In this document: in pieces, positions 55,875 to 64,000 of the stretch
Layout of the letters: each line of letters starts with the position of its first letter
Numbering within the stretch: the stretch's first letter is position 1
Assembly: GCA_964016885.1 (NCBI GenBank)
Contig: OZ024743.1
Span: 306,652,001 to 306,716,000 of the forward strand
Source: Eledone cirrhosa
Lineage: Eukaryota
DNA length: 64,000 bases
Reading direction: 5' to 3'
Program-made: the position numbers and the translations under genes
The notes under the pieces: generated by a model
The model's database searches: none
The model's input: only the letters and a program-made list of their open reading frames with translations
Told to the model about the DNA's origin: nothing

Positions 55875-56084
55875 TTGGAAGTGCGCCATAGCGGTTAGCC
55901 AGATTGAGAGAGAAGGCGGCTCTGTGGGGTTGTGGGGTGGGTTTCTCAATACGGCACGGTGAAGGTGGACCACTCGATAATGCCAATGGACTGTTGGCAC
56001 TGGATGAAGAACAAGACGGCTCACTTTCAACTTCCGGTGGTGTAGCCGGGGGAATTGCTGCAGCACTGAAAATAATACCATTTT
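55875..56084 (-). CDS. sens/GFI1: Probable upstream coding exon of the Gfi1/senseless-like gene (5' boundary uncertain: 56084, 56065 or 56057)
   Basis: Non-repetitive Pro/Ser-rich frame AAAIPPATPPEVESEPS...LANRYGALP; donor CCAA|gtaagt at 55875/55874 is phase 1, matching the 43055 acceptor (A+TT = Ile). Confidence 0.7.
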
Positions 56085-57191
56085 CTGAAAGAGAAGTATG
56101 TATATATATAAATCTATGGAAATTAACGAAGAAAAGGCAGCGAACGAAAACAAAGCACAAAAACATTTTTGAAGGAGAAGCCTTTTAAAAAATATGTAAT
56201 AAAAATACAAACAAAAGACACAGAATTCAAAGATCTTCATCGAGAAGGTCTTCTGGCAGTTTCAATCCCTACCGACTGTACTGCTGGTCCAACCGGGGTC
56301 ACAGTATCTGACACAAGCCAAAGCGCTATCCGTGAAGTAAAATAAGACAAGACTTATAGCAATTAAGCCATAAAATGTAAACATAGAATTTTATGAGACA
56401 ACTAGGAAAAGGTAATATATATATATATCCTCTACCCTCATCTTGCCTTGACCATCTGACCGCTTCCTGTTGCGCACGCACCCCACATCTCCCTTCTTCC
56501 GACTACCACAACCACGGATTACCCACCATTGGCCATCGTTCCCACTATCCACTCCATAACATGGAAAATATCCGGCAACTCTTCACATCCTCTACGGAAC
56601 TACCTTAGGAACTTACCCACGGACATACACTCACAATTTTTTTTCGAACCACGCCACCTACATCCACAAAATGTATAAACACCAACAAACACGTGCGTAC
56701 CCCCACATATATACACACTCAGCCTCCGGAATCCTCCCACCCCCTCCCCACCCCTCTGACTCCTCCCCATCCACACGCGCACACACCGACCTACACCCCA
56801 CACACACACCTTTTCCTGAACATGGAACCTCGTTCTTCCCCCAACTCTCACATTAACATACACATACACACACACACACACGTACACCTACACACATACA
56901 TCACCTTCAGCCCTCCCCGCTCGGACCCCCCCCTTTCCCCACTCCAATCGCCACCACCCCTACACGCCCCACATCCTTCCACCACTTGTTTATCTTCATC
57001 TTTATTTTTTTTTGTACCCCCCCCCCTTTTTCTAAATGTCTCTCCCCCACACACCCTCGGAACGCTCTTCCCACTCACTTTTCGCCTGAAGAAGGGCTTA
57101 TACCGGAAACGTCCGCCCCACACTCTCAAGAGCGTGAAACTAATAAACCTTTGTTTGTACTGCCTCTGTTTTGTTCCCGTTCCATTTTTCA

Positions 57192-57239
<48 letters not shown>

Positions 57240-57312
57240 AAGTGTATACGTATATAGATGAATGTATATATACATATATGTGTGTGTGTACGTATATGGA
57301 TGGATGTATATG

Positions 57313-57349
<37 letters not shown>

Positions 57350-57707
57350 ATAAAAATAAAGAGAGGGGGAAATAAAATCTGGAACAGCTCGTACATTAGT
57401 CAGAGGCACGGAAATCCATGGAGGGGACCTGTGAATACCCCATCACACACAAAAATTCCTAACAGCCCCCTTCAAACTGGAGCAACCGGGGCCCAAAATG
57501 AGTGGTCATCTTCCGTAAGTAGACTTACATTCTCCTCTTCCTGTCACCCATATTGTTTTCCGCCCCCACCCACCCCCAGTGCCCCATCAATAAACATTCT
57601 AGCTGATCCTTTTCCCCAGAGCTAAAGATTTCGACAAATGACCTCTCATCTGTTTATACAAATATTTAACTGTGGTTTCTTTACGACCACTCTCGGAAAA
57701 CCATCCT

Positions 57708-57787
<80 letters not shown>

Positions 57788-57889
57788 TACTTGGGGAGGG
57801 TCATATTTGTGTAATAAATCAGAATCAATAACAGATTTCATAATGACACGATTTCATATAAAAAATCTCGCAAAACTAATTCATCGCCG

Positions 57890-57943
<54 letters not shown>

Positions 57944-57990
57944 TACCACCTGAAAAGAGCTATAAATACAACATTTATTTTTGGAAAGCC

Positions 57991-58041
57991 AGATTCCTGA
58001 TGATTTCTAAAGAATGAAACAGTTCTAGTCCTGTAGAATCT
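57991..58041 (+). ncRNA. Type-I hammerhead ribozyme with a full stem III
   Basis: Stem I AGATTC/GAATCT; CTGATGA; stem II TTCT-AA-AGAA; GAAA; stem III CAG/CTG with an 8 nt loop; GUA triplet; degenerate sister at about 10040-10085. Confidence 0.88.
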
Positions 58042-58070
58042 CATCTATATTAACACTATATAAATATATA

Positions 58071-58105
<35 letters not shown>

Positions 58106-58337
58106 GTGTATATATATATATGAAAAATTATAAAAAGGAAATAATAATTTCATATTGTTGACTTTTTATTAATTTTGTATTTTAAATGCTCTGATACATG
58201 AAGCGCCCTTAACAACAGGATATTTTAACTCTCGATAACTTAACCGCCCAGATTGTACTCCTGAGAAACAAAGGACGGTAATGTGCATTGAGCTCCTCTC
58301 ATCTTACCAAAGATGTACTACACTGTAATCACATATG

Positions 58338-58385
<48 letters not shown>

Positions 58386-58526
58386 CGAAGGAAATGTGGT
58401 AAGGAACCAGGTGGACCATAACGCACCAAAGTACTCAATACTTGGGGTAGTAGAGTGGGTAATAGGAACCAGTCCAGAATTAGCCGTCGAAACGGCTTGA
58501 GCTCAGCCGTCGGGGTCTTACTGGTT

Positions 58527-58569
<43 letters not shown>

Positions 58570-58825
58570 CAAAAAGGGTGTCGTAAGAGACCAAGTGGAC
58601 CATAACTCACCAGACTACTCAATACTTAGGGTAGTAGAGTGGGTAATAGGAGAAGCGTCAGGACCCCGACGGCTGAGCTGTATCCGTTTCAACAGTTAGA
58701 TCCGAACAGCTAGATCCGGAATTCAGCCCTCCGGGTCCTGACTCTTCTCCTATATATATATATCCGTATGAGGTTGAAGTCTGAGAGAAAAGAGTACTCA
58801 ATACCGGAGTAGAGATTAAATATTC

Positions 58826-58974
58826 CTTTTGTTAAGGCTAAATAGTGGGTCTTGTTACTCTTGAATTTCGCCTGTTCATCACAGGGTGATCAGACACTTG
58901 TTGTATGATAACCCTATGATAAACAGGCGAAACTCCAGAGTAACAAAATTCACTATTTTCATTTAATTAAAAGA
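58826..58974. repeat. Degenerate fold-back with mirror-image decayed hammerheads
   Basis: Minus strand TGT-CTGATCA-CCCTG..CAGGC-GAAA-TTCAAGAG-TA-ACA (58853-58896); plus strand GGC-GAAA-CTCCAGAG-TA-ACAA. Confidence 0.7.
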
Positions 58975-59038
58975 CTATATATATATATATATCTCTTTTG
59001 CACACACACGCTCATGTATATATATATATATATATATG

Positions 59039-59186
<148 letters not shown>

Positions 59187-59839
59187 CGTGTGTGTGTACG
59201 TGTGTGTGTGTACGTGTGTGTGTGTGTGTGTGTAAATCAGGATGGATTCAGTTTGAAACTGGCTAGACCATTACCCAACAGAGTACTTGATACTTCGGGC
59301 AGTAAATTATAGTTATATTACAAAGAATCGGGACCCCGACAGCTGAGCTCTTACCGTTTCAACAGCTAGTTCCAGACTATGTTTTTAAAATATGCTGTGC
59401 TTTATGCAAATGCTACTACAATGCATATTAACTATAATATAATTGCATAAACCGCAGACATATCCACTGAGACATGGAAAAAAAATCTGAAATATAACCA
59501 TTGGGACGGGAAGAAAGTAAAAATAATCGTTTGTTGGAATCAAACGGCAACATAGCAGTATATGAGGGTGTTTGGTAACAGTATTCCAGTATGCAATTCT
59601 GTTCATTTTTTCCGTCACAAGATGTAACCTCTATATTATAGTTAATATGCGTTGTTGAAGCTTTGGCAAAAAAGTTAAATAAACAAAAATCTTACATACA
59701 TACATTCATACATACATACATAATATATATATATTATGTATGTATATATGTATGAATGTATGTATATAAATATGTATGTATGTGTGTATGTATGCATTTA
59801 TATATTATGTATCTATGTATGTATCTATATATATATGTA

Positions 59840-59942
<103 letters not shown>

Positions 59943-59964
59943 GTATACATATATATACATATAT

Positions 59965-62900
59965 AGTGAAAAAATGAAGAGTAACATGGTTGGCTGTACA
60001 ATAAGGGGCTTTATTTCAAGTACTGACAATTGTTTCGTTGATCAGGTGAGTCTAGATTTCGCTAATCGCTTGAAGTTGCGTCACTCGATCTCCAATACAT
60101 TATTTACCTCTGGTCAACACATCAGAGTACGTAGATATAAAAATAATTCACTCGAGGCAATACATATATATAGAAGAATCGTGTATAATCAAAACAATAA
60201 CATCAATAATAAAACATATATAGTAAATAGGTAGAGAAGTTACAGATGTAAAAAGTAAAAAGTAAAAAGTAAAAAGTAAAAGATAAAATAGGATACATTA
60301 AAAAAGTAAGAAAATGAGAAAATGGAAAATGTAAAGAAATAAATAAGGATAAGTGAGAGCATGTAAATACAGAGTATGTTTGTAGTAGTGGTGAGTAAGT
60401 GTTCTTATAAGGATTCCTTGGTGGATTTAGTGCTAACATGAAAAACCAGATTCGAGATATATATAGATAAGTGTAGAGGGTCTGATGTAGTGACAGATAA
60501 AAGAATAAAGAAAAAGCAATAAATTAGAGATTAATTGGGGGATACATGTATGAGATTTACAGGCTAGGGGTGAAGGGACGTTTGACAAACGTTTGTTGTA
60601 AATGTTTTGCTGATTGTTCTATCTTAATGGGGTTGATGCTGTTTCAGGGAGAGAGGGTGAAAAAGATGTTAAGAGATTTATGATCCAGTGACCAGTAGGC
60701 CGTTTGACAGCTAATAGCAGTGCGATGGTGTGTATTCTATATGCTAAAATCTAGGTGGTTCAGTTCTAATTTTGGGATTGCTGGTTCAAATTATGGTGGT
60801 TTGAAGTTTGTGAATCTGATAGCTATTTTATGTCTACAGAAAATAGATCTTTCTATTTTGTTGTTAAGCAGCATCCCACCGTACCTTAATATATGGAGTA
60901 GTTCTAAATTACAAAGTCCGCAGTGGGACATTCCGTTGCTGTAGGCTCTTGCTACCGATAATTTTGACCAGCTAATCTTATATTCTAGGTTTTTGTTTTT
61001 AAGCTGCCAGATTTTATTGGCGAGCGTCGTAGAGTTCTCCAGTCTACGGTTCTTCATGGAGTGCCTGTGGAACCTATGTAGTGCCAAATAGAGTTGCCTG
61101 AATCTACAGTACACAGATAAACCATACTCGAATCCAGGCATCTATTCTGTAGTGGACATTTATCCGGTAGGTGGCAATTACAATTTGAGGTTTTTCTGTG
61201 TGCAGGTTCACCGTTGCGGTTTTGAAAGTTGTTGTGGGTGGATTGTGAATTAGGCCTATTAGTGTTTTGTTGTGATGCGTTCTGATGCGTTTGTGATGTT
61301 GTTATGTGTTTGCGTTTTGTATTTGGTGTTATGGTGCGTGTTGGTAGGTTATTTTCTTTAGAGATATTTTTGTGGTTGATTTTACGTATGTGTGATTCTA
61401 TGTTGGCTGCAGTAGAGTAGGATAGTTTTACTATTAAAGTTTTACTATTAAAGTTTTACTATTAAAGTTTTACTATTAAAGTTTTACTATTAAAGATTAT
61501 ATGGTATTTGTGTAGTGTAGGGAAGTGCTTATCTATTAGTTTAAAGAATGTAGAAGGTAGTTTAGTTTTTATAGAGGACTTGAATATTGGATTGAACCAT
61601 AGGTACTTTCTATCTCTGGATCTTCTATAGTTTTGGGGGGTCCTTATATTAGTGTTCGGTTCAGTTATTTTTGGTGCTCGTTGTCTAATTCTATGCTTAG
61701 TCCTATGCTTGTTATTTATATATGAGCTGGTAGTGTTGTTGTCGTTAGGTTTGTTGCTGTTGTCTCTATCTAGTATGTATTCAAGTTTCTCTTTATGTCC
61801 AGCCTTATGTAAAGCTATGTTATAATAGTTTTGCGTGTTCGTTAAAAATTTCTAGGTTCGAAAATAGGCGGGATATTCTGAGGGATATACTATGTGCTAT
61901 GGAGTTAATTATGGATCGGGGGTGGTTTGAGTTATAACTAATGTAGGCTAGATTCTCGTTATTCTTATGGAAGGTCTATATTAATCCTGTGTTTAGGTTG
62001 AGTGTTACATTTAAGAAATTTGCTTTTTTAAAGTTAAGTTCGAAAGTGATACCTAGGCCTAGTTTGTTGAAGAATACTCTAATGATTTTTCGTAATTTTT
62101 CCATGTTTTGATTATTTAAGTTTTTGGCTAAAAGGAATATATCGTCTCTGTAAATTCCTCCTTGGAGGTTATTGAATTCCTTATGTAAGTTTTGCGCTAT
62201 ATATATTCCTTCAAAGTCCGTTACCTGCGCTTTGTCGTTAGATCCCATTGTGATATCGAAGCTATTTTGTCTGTTTTTTCGTTCCCAGTAACTATTTTCG
62301 AATCTAATGATAGTTCTCCTAGCAGCTAGCATTATTTTAATTTCGTCCGAGGTAAGGTCCGAATTTTTACCCAGGGTGACTGGCGATATGGATGAGTAGT
62401 AGTCATTAATGTCAAACTGTACGAAGTTAGATGTTTCTCTACTGTTTATTTTGCTGAACCAGTCTATTGCTTCGTTAGTGTTACCCCATAGCTTAATTAT
62501 TAGTTTGTCCTTCATTTGTGCGATTACTCTATCTAGTATATACTTGCTAATTCTACCTATATCCGACTTAGATGGGCATATTAATCTAATTGTGAGGTCT
62601 ATTTCGAAATTATTTTTGTGATCCTTTAGGTTAAATGTGGGGTTACAAGGCTCGGTTCTATCAGATATTTTCAGTTTTTTTTTACTATGCTAAGTCCTTC
62701 CTTATTAATGCTAGTGAGTTCAGATTCTGTTGTTGTTTTTTTGTATTTTTTGTGCAATTCACGGCGTATAAAATTATTGTATGTGTTGAGGCTCATGGTG
62801 TATACGTTTGATGTTTTGTCTGCTTTTACTATAATACCGTTGGTGTTACGTAGTTTTTTTAGTAGTGCAGTGATGTCCTTTTGCAATTTGTTGTGATGTG

Positions 62901-63227
62901 TCCGTTTTTTTAATTTAGTTCCACTTATCATGTTCATGAGGTCGAGTTCGAAGACATCGAGCTGGGGGTTATTTAGTGGATTTTTTCAGGATTTGAATGC
63001 GTATTTTTCCCTAGTAAATTCCTCCGTGTTATTAGCGTGTCCTTTGTCGTAATGGTAGGCCTTCCATCGGATTCGACGGATGAAATCATTAGTACGCTGT
63101 ATCCATCGAAACGGCTTGAGCTCTGCCGTCGGGGGTCTAACATTTTCCTATTACCCACTCTACTACCCTAAGTATTGAATACTCTGGTGCTTTATGGTCC
63201 ATCAGCTTCCTTAACACACCTCCTTCG

Positions 63228-63230
<3 letters not shown>
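59965..63230 (-). mobile_element. Degenerate Penelope-like retroelement (RT plus GIY-YIG endonuclease) between (TA)n tracts
   Basis: N-terminal FIRRIRWKA..YAFKS..FELDL, VKADKTSNVY; RT FDINDYYSSI, ITMGS, GIYRDD, FLNVTLNL; WFNP; CNCx5CPL..CL..VY; C-terminal CGLC..E..LN..CRHK; multiple stops and frameshifts. Confidence 0.88.
60020..60130 (-). ncRNA. Hammerhead with a long stem-II insertion in the 3' terminus of the Penelope-like element (A9 to U change)
   Basis: Reverse complement GTACT-CTGATGT-GTTGACCAG...CTGATCAAC-GAAA-CAATTG-TC-AGTAC; partial copy at about 8441-8480. Confidence 0.72.
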
Positions 63231-63299
<69 letters not shown>

Positions 63300-63323
63300 T
63301 ATATAGATATAGATATAGATATA

Positions 63324-63385
<62 letters not shown>

Positions 63386-63610
63386 ATATGTGTGTATGTG
63401 CGTATGTACACATGTACGTATGTATGAATGTATTTATGTACGCATGTATGTATGTACGAGTAGCTTGTAGTGTGTATATACGTGTGTGTGTGTGTGTGTG
63501 TATGTGTATGCGTGTGCATATGGCAATTATCTGTCTGTGGTAATTAACGGTTTAAATAGGTTCGTTGTCGGATTGCTATCGTATAATAATGCACCATCGA
63601 CGATTGGATG

Positions 63611-63652
<42 letters not shown>

Positions 63653-63743
63653 TGTATGTATGTATATATATATGTATATATATAGTTATATGTATATATA
63701 TGTATATATATATATATATGTATATATATATAAATATAAATAC

Positions 63744-63826
<83 letters not shown>

Positions 63827-63862
63827 TATATGTGTATACATATATACATATATATGTATACT

Positions 63863-63924
<62 letters not shown>

Positions 63925-63937
63925 CATACATACATGC

Positions 63938-64000
<63 letters not shown>

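Noticed and set aside
56693-57625. 310 aa ORF on +
   Set aside because: Runs through C-rich low-complexity DNA, microsatellites and a hammerhead-family remnant; no protein-like composition.

Overview
Eukaryotic, very AT- and microsatellite-rich DNA, most consistent with a cephalopod (Octopus-like) genome; this is an inference from the repeat landscape. The only cellular protein-coding gene I can support is a minus-strand Gfi1/senseless-type C2H2 zinc-finger gene. It has three exons in the window (about 55875-56084, 40581-43055 and 14644-14822) with phase-compatible GT-AG introns of about 12.8 kb and 25.8 kb; its 5' end was not found. The large intron carries a tandemly duplicated array of four tRNA-Gly units (one intact), a frameshifted RTE-type LINE, R4/Dong-like fragments in (TACA)n, many SINEs and minisatellites. 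A degenerate Penelope-like element (RT plus GIY-YIG) lies at about 60-63.2 kb. The most striking unexplained structure is about 15 long fold-back (palindromic) elements, most abutting (TA)n tracts, and more than 15 intact or degenerate type-I hammerhead ribozyme motifs. Two fold-backs carry mirror-image hammerheads on opposite strands, several hammerheads have long stem-II insertions, and different families share a conserved 3'-tail motif. Most ORFs in the track are microsatellite artefacts.
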